From: a virus
Lineage: Duplodnaviria > Caudoviricetes
DNA: 39,829 nucleotides
IMG/VR virus record: IMGVR_UViG_3300007983_000008
Location: 1 to 39,829 of that record
Direction: 5' to 3' (one strand)
Positions 1 to 7,997 of the stretch are shown in pieces (positions within the stretch are counted from its first letter, which is position 1; each line of letters opens with the position of its first letter). The notes under the pieces were generated by a model that was not told the origin of the DNA, ran no database searches, and saw only the letters and a list, made by a program, of their open reading frames with translations. A program made the translations under genes and the position numbers.

Positions 1-35
1 AATAAAAAAAAAAAAAATAAAATTTTTTATCATAA

Positions 36-503
36 TTAAATTATGAAATTGATATTCTTAATAAAGAAAAAGACCGTTTAGAAAATTTAAAGAAACCAAG
101 AAAAGGCAAATTAGAAGAAATTAAATTAAAAATAATTAAATTGTCAAAAAAATTAGAATTTGCTGAAAAAAAGCCTTGTTATGGTCAAGCATCAGATAGA
201 TTAGGTGAAATTTTCTTAGATTTGGTCGAAAACTATGCTACAAAATCAAATTTTTCAGGTTATACTTATCTAGAAGAAATGAAATCTAGAGCTATATTCT
301 TCTTATTACGATATAGCCCATCATTTAAACCAGAAAAAAGTAATAATGCATTCTCATACTGTACACAAATAGTTAAAAATGCATTCATTCAGGTCATTAA
401 AAAAGAAAAGAAACGAACTGAATCAAAAAAGAAATATGTTGAAGATTATTATAGAAATAAAGACTTCAGTAAAAAAGAAGATGACTTATACTTTGGCAAA
501 TGA
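36..503 (+). CDS. gp55: Late-transcription sigma factor gp55-like, probably 5'-truncated
   Basis: LGEIFLDLVENYATKSNFSGYTYLEEM and FKPEKSNNAFSYCTQI match the gp55 family; lies upstream of gp47/gp46. The frame is open from nt 36 (ORF track starts at TTG 141); nt 1-35 are poly-A and look like a contig edge. Confidence 0.85.
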   Translation, partial: LNYEIDILNKEKDRLENLKKPRKGKLEEIKLKIIKLSKKLEFAEKKPCYGQASDRLGEIFLDLVENYATKSNFSGYTYLEEMKSRAIFFLLRYSPSFKPEKSNNAFSYCTQIVKNAFIQVIKKEKKRTESKKKYVEDYYRNKDFSKKEDDLYFGK

Positions 504-547
504 TTTACATATTGATTGATTTCTGATATAATTAAATATATCAGGAG
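504..547 (+). promoter_or_regulatory. Sigma70-type promoter for gp47 overlapping an SD-sequestering hairpin
   Basis: TTTACA(504-509)-N17-TATAAT(527-532) with extended TG; TTCTGATATA(521-530) pairs with TATATCAGGA(537-546), which overlaps SD AGGAG(543-547). Confidence 0.7.
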
Positions 548-556
548 TCAAAAAAT

Positions 557-1651
557 ATGAAATTACTCTTAATTAGTGACCTTCATTTTGGGGTTAAAAA
601 AAATTCCGAATCCTTTAATACCATAATAGAAGAATTCTTCTATGAACAAGTTTCCCATACAATAAAAAATGAAAAAATCGACCAATTATGGATCCTTGGT
701 GATGTTTTTCATGAAAGGATATTAATAAATTCTTATATAAAATCTTCAGTTTTCAGAGTTTTTGAATTTTTATTAAATACCCATCCTAATTTAGAAATAA
801 AAGTATTAATAGGTAATCATGATATTTATTATAAAAAAAGTCTTTCAATAACATCATTAAAAATGTTTTTTGACTTTCATGAGAGATTGGAAGTAATAAA
901 AACGACAAAAGAATTTGATTTAGATGGGTGTAAAACAATAGCATTTCCATGGTTATGTGAAAATAGTAAAGAATATCATGATTTTATGTCTATTGTAAAT
1001 GAATATGAAGAAACAGGTAAAAAACAATATGATTTATGTTTAGGACATTTTGAAGTACATGGGTTTGAAGTGATTCGTGGTGTAAAATTTGAAGGAAATA
1101 TAAAAGTAAGCAATTTTGAATCTTTTAAAGATGTGTTTTCTGGACACTTCCATCTTAGACAAAAGAAAGGAAATCTGCAATATTGTGGGTGTCCTTATCA
1201 AATAACATGGGCTGATTATAGAGATAAGAAAGGAATAACTATTTATGATACGAAGACAAGAGAGTATAAATTCATAGAAAACAAAAAAAGTCCTAAACAT
1301 GTAAAATTACATGTATCAAAAATTAAAAATAATGTAAAATTGTTATCAAAATCAAAAAATTCATGGACAAAATTCTTTATAGATGAAGTAATTTCCGATG
1401 AAGATAGGTTACAATATGAAACTCTTTTAGAATCATATTCTCCTTTAAACTTAGATATAATTGATGAAGTTGAAGGTGTCATAATTGATGATGAAGAAGT
1501 CGATATAGATACTGAATTTGAAGGAAATGAATTAAATTTTATGATTGAATATATGGAAAGTGTTGAATTTGAAAAAGATAATGATATTTCATATAATGAT
1601 TTAAAAATATATGCAAATGAATTATATATCAGGTCACAATCGGAGAAATAA
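557..1651 (+). CDS. gp47: Recombination endonuclease gp47 (Mre11/SbcD-like metallophosphoesterase)
   Basis: SDLHFG, LGDVFH, IGNHD and SGHFH phosphoesterase motifs; coupled to gp46. Confidence 0.95.
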   Translation: MKLLLISDLHFGVKKNSESFNTIIEEFFYEQVSHTIKNEKIDQLWILGDVFHERILINSYIKSSVFRVFEFLLNTHPNLEIKVLIGNHDIYYKKSLSITSLKMFFDFHERLEVIKTTKEFDLDGCKTIAFPWLCENSKEYHDFMSIVNEYEETGKKQYDLCLGHFEVHGFEVIRGVKFEGNIKVSNFESFKDVFSGHFHLRQKKGNLQYCGCPYQITWADYRDKKGITIYDTKTREYKFIENKKSPKHVKLHVSKIKNNVKLLSKSKNSWTKFFIDEVISDEDRLQYETLLESYSPLNLDIIDEVEGVIIDDEEVDIDTEFEGNELNFMIEYMESVEFEKDNDISYNDLKIYANELYIRSQSEK

Positions 1652-3459
1652 TGAAATTATATATAAAATCATGTGAAATAAAAAACTTTCTTAGTGTTGG
1701 ATCTCAACCTATAAAAATAGATTATAAAAAAGGAATACATGCAGTAATGGGTCGTGTTGTAGGACAACAGACTAATAATGGTGTAGGAAAATCTACAATA
1801 GGCGTTGATTCTATTATATTTGCAATTTATGGAAAAAGCATTAGAGGTCTAAATCAGAATGAAATGATAAATTCAATTAACGATTGCGATTGTCATGTTC
1901 ATCTTAGATTTGAAATAGATAATCATCCTTACAGAATCGAAAGAGGATTAAAACCTAACTATCTTAGATTTATAGATGAGACTGAAGAATCAGACAATAA
2001 AGAGAACAAAGAAAAATCAGCTAAAAAATCTACACAAAAAGATATTGATGACAAGATAGGTATATCTCTTGATAGTTTTAAAAACATGATTACCTTAAAT
2101 ATTAATTATTCAACTCCATTTTTCAAAATGTCAACTAGTCAAAAGCGTGATTTGTTGGAAAATATTATGAATTTGTCTGTATTTGGAAAAATGTTCGAAA
2201 AATCAAAAGAAGATTTCAATGAATTAAAAAAAGATATAAAATTATCAGAATTAGAATTAAAAGGTTTAATGAAATCTTATAAAGAACGAGTTGATACATT
2301 CAAAAAATTAGAAAAAATGAAAAATGATTTTGAAAAAGAAAAAGAGGAAGAGATAAAAGAAATTTCAGAATCATTGAAAAAACATAAAACCAAATTGAAA
2401 AAAATAGAAATACCTAACAAAAATTTTGAAGTTATAGAAGATAAATTAACTAATAGGATTAGCGAAATAAAATCCGAAATTTCTACACAATCTCAAATAA
2501 TCAGACAAAATAATAATGATATAAGAAAAACATTAAAAAAAATAGATAACATGAAAGAAAATCCTATCTGTCCTATTTGTAATAATCCAACAGATAGTGA
2601 ACATTCAACTAAACATGAAGAAGATTTGAGAAATGAAATAAAAGTATACGAAAAGACCATATTAGATTCAGAAAAAGAATTATCTAAATTAGATAATGAA
2701 AAAAATGAAATAAATCCAAAATTAAAAAAAGTAAAATCTATAATTTCTAAAATAGAATCATTAAAATTAGAAAAAAATAAATTATCAACAATTATAGATT
2801 CATTAACTAATCAGTTAGAAAAAACAATTAATAAAGAATTTAATGTAGAAATATTAGACAAAAAAGAATTAATAAAAGATAAAAAAGAGATAGAAGATAA
2901 AAAAGAAATTTATAAAGAAACAAAAAAGAAATTTAAATTAGCAGAAAGAATGAAAATTATATTAGGGGATGGAGGAATTAAAAATTATACAATAAGAAAA
3001 ATCTTACCTTTTCTTAACAAAAAAATGAATAAACATTTGTCATTATTAAATGCACATTATACAATATCATTCGATTCACAATTAAAAGAAACTCTTAAAT
3101 CCCGTAACAGAGATCAATTTTCATACGAAAATTTCTCAAGTGGAGAACAAAAAAGAATAGATCTAGCATGGATGTTTACAACTGTTAGTGTATCCAGAAT
3201 GAGAAATTCTGTCGATTGTAATATTTTAGTATTAGATGAAATATTAGATTCTTCTATGTGTTCATATGGAATAGGAATGCTTATGAATTATCTTAAAACT
3301 GAGTTTAAACAAAGTAATTCAAATCATTGTGTATATATTATAACTCATAAATCCGAGATAAGTGAAGATGACTTTGATTCTATAATTAGATTGAAGAAAG
3401 AAAATCATTTCACAAAAATAGAATCTATAGATGAATGTAATCCTACAATCCAGATATAA
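1651..3459 (+). CDS. gp46: Recombination ATPase gp46 (Rad50/SbcC-like)
   Basis: Walker A NGVGKST, coiled coil with CPIC zinc hook, signature FSSGEQKR, Walker B ILVLDE, H-loop ITH. Confidence 0.95.
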   Translation: MKLYIKSCEIKNFLSVGSQPIKIDYKKGIHAVMGRVVGQQTNNGVGKSTIGVDSIIFAIYGKSIRGLNQNEMINSINDCDCHVHLRFEIDNHPYRIERGLKPNYLRFIDETEESDNKENKEKSAKKSTQKDIDDKIGISLDSFKNMITLNINYSTPFFKMSTSQKRDLLENIMNLSVFGKMFEKSKEDFNELKKDIKLSELELKGLMKSYKERVDTFKKLEKMKNDFEKEKEEEIKEISESLKKHKTKLKKIEIPNKNFEVIEDKLTNRISEIKSEISTQSQIIRQNNNDIRKTLKKIDNMKENPICPICNNPTDSEHSTKHEEDLRNEIKVYEKTILDSEKELSKLDNEKNEINPKLKKVKSIISKIESLKLEKNKLSTIIDSLTNQLEKTINKEFNVEILDKKELIKDKKEIEDKKEIYKETKKKFKLAERMKIILGDGGIKNYTIRKILPFLNKKMNKHLSLLNAHYTISFDSQLKETLKSRNRDQFSYENFSSGEQKRIDLAWMFTTVSVSRMRNSVDCNILVLDEILDSSMCSYGIGMLMNYLKTEFKQSNSNHCVYIITHKSEISEDDFDSIIRLKKENHFTKIESIDECNPTIQI

Positions 3460-3462
3460 ATA
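3455..3462 (+). promoter_or_regulatory. T4-type late promoter
   Basis: TATAAATA upstream of SD AGGAG and ATG 3484. Confidence 0.75.
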
Positions 3463-3483
3463 TATAAACATAGGAGATATAAA

Positions 3484-3771
3484 ATGTCAGAAGATGATGA
3501 TTTAAGAAATAATATAAGATTAAATATAAAAGATGCATTCATTAGTTCAGATGAAGCTAAAGAACAAGCAAGAGAAAAAGCTAAAGAAAATAAAGAAAAC
3601 GAAACTGAACAAGAAGAAGAACTTGATGAAGCTAAGAAAAAGAAGAGTAAAAGAAAATCTAAACGTGGTCGTGGTGGTTACTTATGGGGACCATGGTTTG
3701 GGGGATATGAAGATGGAAGTGGAGATGCAGGTGGTGACGCCGGAGGTGGAGATGGTGGAGGTGGAGAATAA
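3484..3771 (+). CDS. Small low-complexity late protein (acidic, basic and Gly-rich segments), possible internal head protein
   Basis: Strong SD and late promoter; KKKKSKRKSKRGRGG tract after LDE; Gly/Asp tail. Confidence 0.65.
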   Translation: MSEDDDLRNNIRLNIKDAFISSDEAKEQAREKAKENKENETEQEEELDEAKKKKSKRKSKRGRGGYLWGPWFGGYEDGSGDAGGDAGGGDGGGGE

Positions 3772-4499
3772 TGGAATTTGATTTTGACCAACCTACAGAT
3801 GAAACTAAATTAAAATCTATTCTAAGCGATGAAATTTTAAATGAAAATACTGATCCTAAAAATCTAACAAAAGATATAGTTAAATTTTTAATTAAGTCTT
3901 CAAAAGATAGATTAATTGGTGGAACTATCCACGATACTAAATTCATTCTTGATAATGCTAAACAAAAAGCTGAAGATATTTTATTAGAAACTCCTAATGT
4001 TAATGTATGGATAGACGTAGAGAAAAATGGAACAATATCAGAAACATATATTTTTGAAGGTTTATCATGGTCTATAATGCAAAATCCTTCTAATACAATT
4101 CAGGGTGGACATAGAACCCAATTAGATGAAGAATTGAATTATACAATTGAACATGAATATATTCTAGATAAATTCTTAAATCATTGTAAAAATTATCTTA
4201 AACTAGAAGAACTTCCATCTATTAGATTAATGTATAACCGAGAAGGTCCTATGACAACTGGTGTATATAATCCAAAAGAAAGAACAATAGGTGCTTTGGC
4301 AGGAAGTAGAGCATTTGTAGATGCATTAAGAACTCTAGCTCACGAATTAGTTCACTTTAAACAAGATATTGAAGGTCGTCTTGTTGGAGATATACCAGTA
4401 GTAGGTGGTCAAATAGAAGACGAAGCTAACGCAGTTGCAGGTCAACTCGTTAAATCATTTGGCCTCCAACAAGATAATGATATAATATACGATTTGTGA
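3771..4499 (+). CDS. Zincin-type metallopeptidase-domain protein
   Basis: LAHELVH (HExxH, nt 4341-4355) followed by EDEANAVAG, a likely third-ligand helix. Confidence 0.7.
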   Translation: MEFDFDQPTDETKLKSILSDEILNENTDPKNLTKDIVKFLIKSSKDRLIGGTIHDTKFILDNAKQKAEDILLETPNVNVWIDVEKNGTISETYIFEGLSWSIMQNPSNTIQGGHRTQLDEELNYTIEHEYILDKFLNHCKNYLKLEELPSIRLMYNREGPMTTGVYNPKERTIGALAGSRAFVDALRTLAHELVHFKQDIEGRLVGDIPVVGGQIEDEANAVAGQLVKSFGLQQDNDIIYDL

Positions 4500-4544
4500 A
4501 TGATCCCACCACCTTTAGGTGGTGGGGTTTCTGGTGGGAAGATG
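4496..4544 (-). mobile_element. 49-bp non-autonomous IS200/IS605 derivative (left end and right end fused around one hairpin, PATE-like)
   Basis: Minus strand reads TTTAT|CATCTTCCCACCAGAAACCCCACCACCTAAAGGTGGTGGGATCATTCAC. The 5' part matches the left end and the 3' part the right end of the IS at 26579-28287. Confidence 0.8.
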
Positions 4545-4549
4545 ATAAA

Positions 4550-5219
4550 TTAATATAATTCATCGATGAATCCTTTGAAATAACTTTTAACTGGCATAAC
4601 TTTTCCATTCAAATGATTAACTACTTGATCATTTTGTTCTTGTACTGTTCTAATTTTATCTCCTCTCATTCCTGTCCCAATTTGGTACTTTCTATTTTTA
4701 GACCTTTCATCAATCTTTTTATCATTGTTAAATTGTTCAACCTTTTCGGTTAATCTTTGTAACGCAATTTCTATATTGGAATTAAGAGAGCGTTCTTCGT
4801 CACATTTAGCAGTCAAACCTGTTTCATAATGCAATAACTCAACAGCAGTTTCTACTTTATTTCTATGTTGACCTCCTTTACCAGATGCTTTATATCTTCT
4901 GATATTATATTCCCACGATTTAAGTTCTACCTTTTCTTTTATGAAATTATCTAAAACTGCTACAGTAACAGAAGATGTATGGACTCTTCCTCTCTTTTCT
5001 GTTGGGGGAACTCTTTGCCATCGGTGACCTCCACTTTCATTCAAAAAAATCTCAACATTTCTCCCTTTAACTTCAAACGAAATGAACCCTGGAAGTTCTT
5101 TTATTATTTTAAGGTCAAAGACACTCCTTGCTCGCAAATCTCTTATAAATTCCAAATAATTTTTCTACTAAATCTTTAGCGTCTCTTCCACCTTCTCCTT
5201 GCCTAATTTCTACTATCAT
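4550..5219 (-). CDS. Domain-1-less class I peptide chain release factor (RF1-like), 222 aa through a +1 programmed frameshift
   Basis: SD AAGGAG + ATG 5219 gives MIVEIRQGEGGRDA...KECL then UGA (5117-5115). The +1 frame continues DLKIIKE...GGHRWQRVPPTEKRGRVHTS...GKGGQHRNK...RGDKIRT. Confidence 0.9.
5114..5129 (-). promoter_or_regulatory. prfB-type +1 ribosomal frameshift cassette
   Basis: Minus strand AAGGAG-TGT-CTT-TGA-C: internal SD, 3-nt spacer and CUU-UGA-C, the same layout as bacterial prfB. Confidence 0.9.
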
Positions 5220-5252
5220 TTTTTCTCCTTTAATAATATAAGGGGTTTATAT

Positions 5253-5287
5253 AAAAAATTACCCTATCATTTTTAATGATAGGGTAA
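5253..5287 (-). terminator. Rho-independent terminator after nrdJ
   Basis: 13-bp stem TTACCCTATCATT/AATGATAGGGTAA followed by a U tract on the minus strand. Confidence 0.8.
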
Positions 5288-5299
5288 CTAATTAAATAT

Positions 5300-7723
5300 T
5301 CAAGCTACTGATGATTCATCATCTTTAATCACATATTTTTCAGTTTCTTTTTTAGCATCTATTGATTTTCCTAAATCGCCTAAATCACATTTTCCTCCAC
5401 TGCATGCCTCACCAGCCAGACTACCAACATCAATTTCATATTCGTCTTCTACAACCTGAGACCAGTCAATATCAACATATTCTCGTTTTAGATCCAACCA
5501 CAACTTCCAATTATGTACGTCCTTCATAAGATATGTACAACGGCGAACATCACCATCACAATAACGTTCAGAAAATTGTTTTACTCTTCTTACCCAATCT
5601 ATCTTAGATTCCATTAGATTCCATTCATCTAGATCATCATGGTATTTGGTTATATCTTCAGAATATTTAGCTAACTTCTTAGTCCATTCATTATTACTAT
5701 ATCCATTTTTTGGAGGGAGAAATGGTTCTTCTGGTTTATCATAAGATTCCAATTTTTCTCCAATACCAAGAACGCAATCACATGCTGTCCATAAATTATT
5801 ATTAAATGCATGAAGGCCATCTACAATTAATCCTGATGCCATTACAACACCATCACCATATTCTTTCTCCATTTCTTTTGGAGTATAAACTGTACACATA
5901 GGAGCTTGCTGATAATCTTTATCACCTGAATTAGGAAGTAATGAAATTCCAGCAAACCATTTTCTATTATTGTATATGAATTTTTCTACGTCATCCCATT
6001 CATCGTTTTTTACATTAATAGTATTAGAAACATTATGTCTTATCCATGGTTTCATACATCTATCGACTCTTGTACCAGATTCAATCCAATTCTGTTGAGT
6101 TAATTTAACATGTTCCAATAAACTAACAGCATTAACTTGATTTTTAGTTCTGGCACCTTCAGGGACTTCACATAAAAATGTTATAACATGATCAGTTTTA
6201 TTAGTTGACCAAACAGATTCTTCTACTGCCATTGGATTATATTTCATAAAATGTTGAACAGGAAACTCTAACTTGTTAGCTTGAACTCTTCTAAAATATC
6301 TACGAGCATGATGAGGATGGATTCCTGATGCAGTTCCAAGTATACAAGAAGTTGAACCTGCAGGCTTTACACAAGTAGCCCTGGCACATGGATTAATCCC
6401 TATAATTTTTGCAATTTTCTCATTTTCTTTTAAAATAAGTTTTGCACCTTTACGTTGGATTTTTGGATCAAATAATACTTCAGGATTGTCCATCATACCA
6501 GTAATTGAAATTCCAAGTAATGCCTCTCTTCTAACAATTTCATTTGTTGCATTTGAAACATAATCAAAATTATCATATGCTGCTTGAAGAGTACCTAATA
6601 TAGACGCAGCTTTACATACTTCTAAGAATTCTTCTTCTGACTTACATTTTTTACCATTTATTTCGCATAAATTACAAACTTGCCATCCAGATCTTCCTGA
6701 TTCTGTTTTAGCATACATCCCAACCTCAACACATGGATTATACAATGCTTCTTTATCATCACTCCAAATGAATCCAGGTTCACCAAATTCTTTAACGGAT
6801 TTCATAAAATTTGAAAATTGTTCTTTTGTAATTTCATCTCTAATTAATAGAGCAGAATTATTTGATCTAGCTCTCTGAGGATTATCTATAAACCAAGATC
6901 CAGTTTTAGCATTAATCATTTCTTCATCATCAGGTGAGAACAAACATACTGTAGCAGATCTCCTAATACCACCAGATAACACTGCATCAGATGAATGCAT
7001 GACAATATCATATGCATTTATTGGTTTTAATTTATCTTGTTTTTTATTCTTTATAATATCGTCCATTAATTTTTCAATATTATTAATTGCATTTTCTAAA
7101 CCTTTTGGACCAGGAGCTTTTCCACCCCATGATATTTGAGAACCTTCTGGTCTAATTTGACTATAATCAAACTCTACTCTATAACCTTCATATCCATCTA
7201 TAAGACCATAATCATATGATTTATATGTTTTACTACCAGTGACAAAGTAACTTTGCATTAAAACACCAATAGCATCTGCCCAGCCTTCAATGGTATCAGG
7301 TATAACAAAAAGTTTTCCGCCTTTTGTTCTTTCTTTTATTTTTGGTAGTTGTTCTACATGGTGACTTTGGACTGAAAATCCAGCACCACAACCACAAAGA
7401 AGAAGATATATACATTCAGAAAAGAATTCAACTCTATCAACATACGAGGCTGTACAATTGTACATTTTTGCTTCTTTTTTAAGAATTGGTTCCCCTCCAA
7501 ATTGCAATGCTCTTTGAGAACCTAAGACTCTTTTCTTTTTTACCATTTCTTTAGCCCATTCAAACTCATCTCTTATAGCATTAAGCTTATTACCAAATTT
7601 TTCTTCGTGCATTTTGAATACACGTTCAACTTGTTCATTCCATGTTTCTCTTCTATTTTTTTCTTTACTATATCTTGCGTATTTTGAATATTGGGTGTAA
7701 TCAGCTAAAGCTTTATAAGACAT
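5300..7723 (-). CDS. nrdJ: Class II adenosylcobalamin-dependent ribonucleotide reductase (monomeric RTPR type)
   Basis: YNCT, GCGAGF, GGIRRSA, NPCVE, CNLCE, TCVKPAGSTS and a C-terminal ACSGGKC cysteine pair; no nrdB next to it. Confidence 0.88.
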   Translation of the reverse strand: MSYKALADYTQYSKYARYSKEKNRRETWNEQVERVFKMHEEKFGNKLNAIRDEFEWAKEMVKKKRVLGSQRALQFGGEPILKKEAKMYNCTASYVDRVEFFSECIYLLLCGCGAGFSVQSHHVEQLPKIKERTKGGKLFVIPDTIEGWADAIGVLMQSYFVTGSKTYKSYDYGLIDGYEGYRVEFDYSQIRPEGSQISWGGKAPGPKGLENAINNIEKLMDDIIKNKKQDKLKPINAYDIVMHSSDAVLSGGIRRSATVCLFSPDDEEMINAKTGSWFIDNPQRARSNNSALLIRDEITKEQFSNFMKSVKEFGEPGFIWSDDKEALYNPCVEVGMYAKTESGRSGWQVCNLCEINGKKCKSEEEFLEVCKAASILGTLQAAYDNFDYVSNATNEIVRREALLGISITGMMDNPEVLFDPKIQRKGAKLILKENEKIAKIIGINPCARATCVKPAGSTSCILGTASGIHPHHARRYFRRVQANKLEFPVQHFMKYNPMAVEESVWSTNKTDHVITFLCEVPEGARTKNQVNAVSLLEHVKLTQQNWIESGTRVDRCMKPWIRHNVSNTINVKNDEWDDVEKFIYNNRKWFAGISLLPNSGDKDYQQAPMCTVYTPKEMEKEYGDGVVMASGLIVDGLHAFNNNLWTACDCVLGIGEKLESYDKPEEPFLPPKNGYSNNEWTKKLAKYSEDITKYHDDLDEWNLMESKIDWVRRVKQFSERYCDGDVRRCTYLMKDVHNWKLWLDLKREYVDIDWSQVVEDEYEIDVGSLAGEACSGGKCDLGDLGKSIDAKKETEKYVIKDDESSVA

Positions 7724-7968
7724 TCGTTATCTCCTATCAACGGTAAAAATTAGGATATATTTCTCTACAAATTATTAAAATATATTTTTGTTTTAATTGG
7801 TCTATGTTTTAATTAACAATATTATTTCTTTCATCATCATAGTGTTTGTATTTATGATCCTAAAAAAATATATCAAAAACATTTTTGTAAACAAAAATAT
7901 AACATATGTTTAGATATCATAGCACAAAAAAATCTATTATCAATAGGTTATTTCATTGATGAAAAATG

Positions 7969-7976
7969 TATAAATA
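7969..7976 (+). promoter_or_regulatory. T4-type late promoter
   Basis: TATAAATA upstream of GGGGA and ATG 7998. Confidence 0.75.
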
Positions 7977-7997
7977 TATTTTTTGGGGATATATTAT

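Noticed and set aside
1-35. Poly-A tract and stop codon upstream of gp55
   Set aside because: Low-complexity sequence at the window edge, probably a contig-end artefact; not treated as a regulatory feature.
7724-7968. Cobalamin riboswitch upstream of nrdJ
   Set aside because: The region is very AT-rich and lacks recognisable B12-box sequence.
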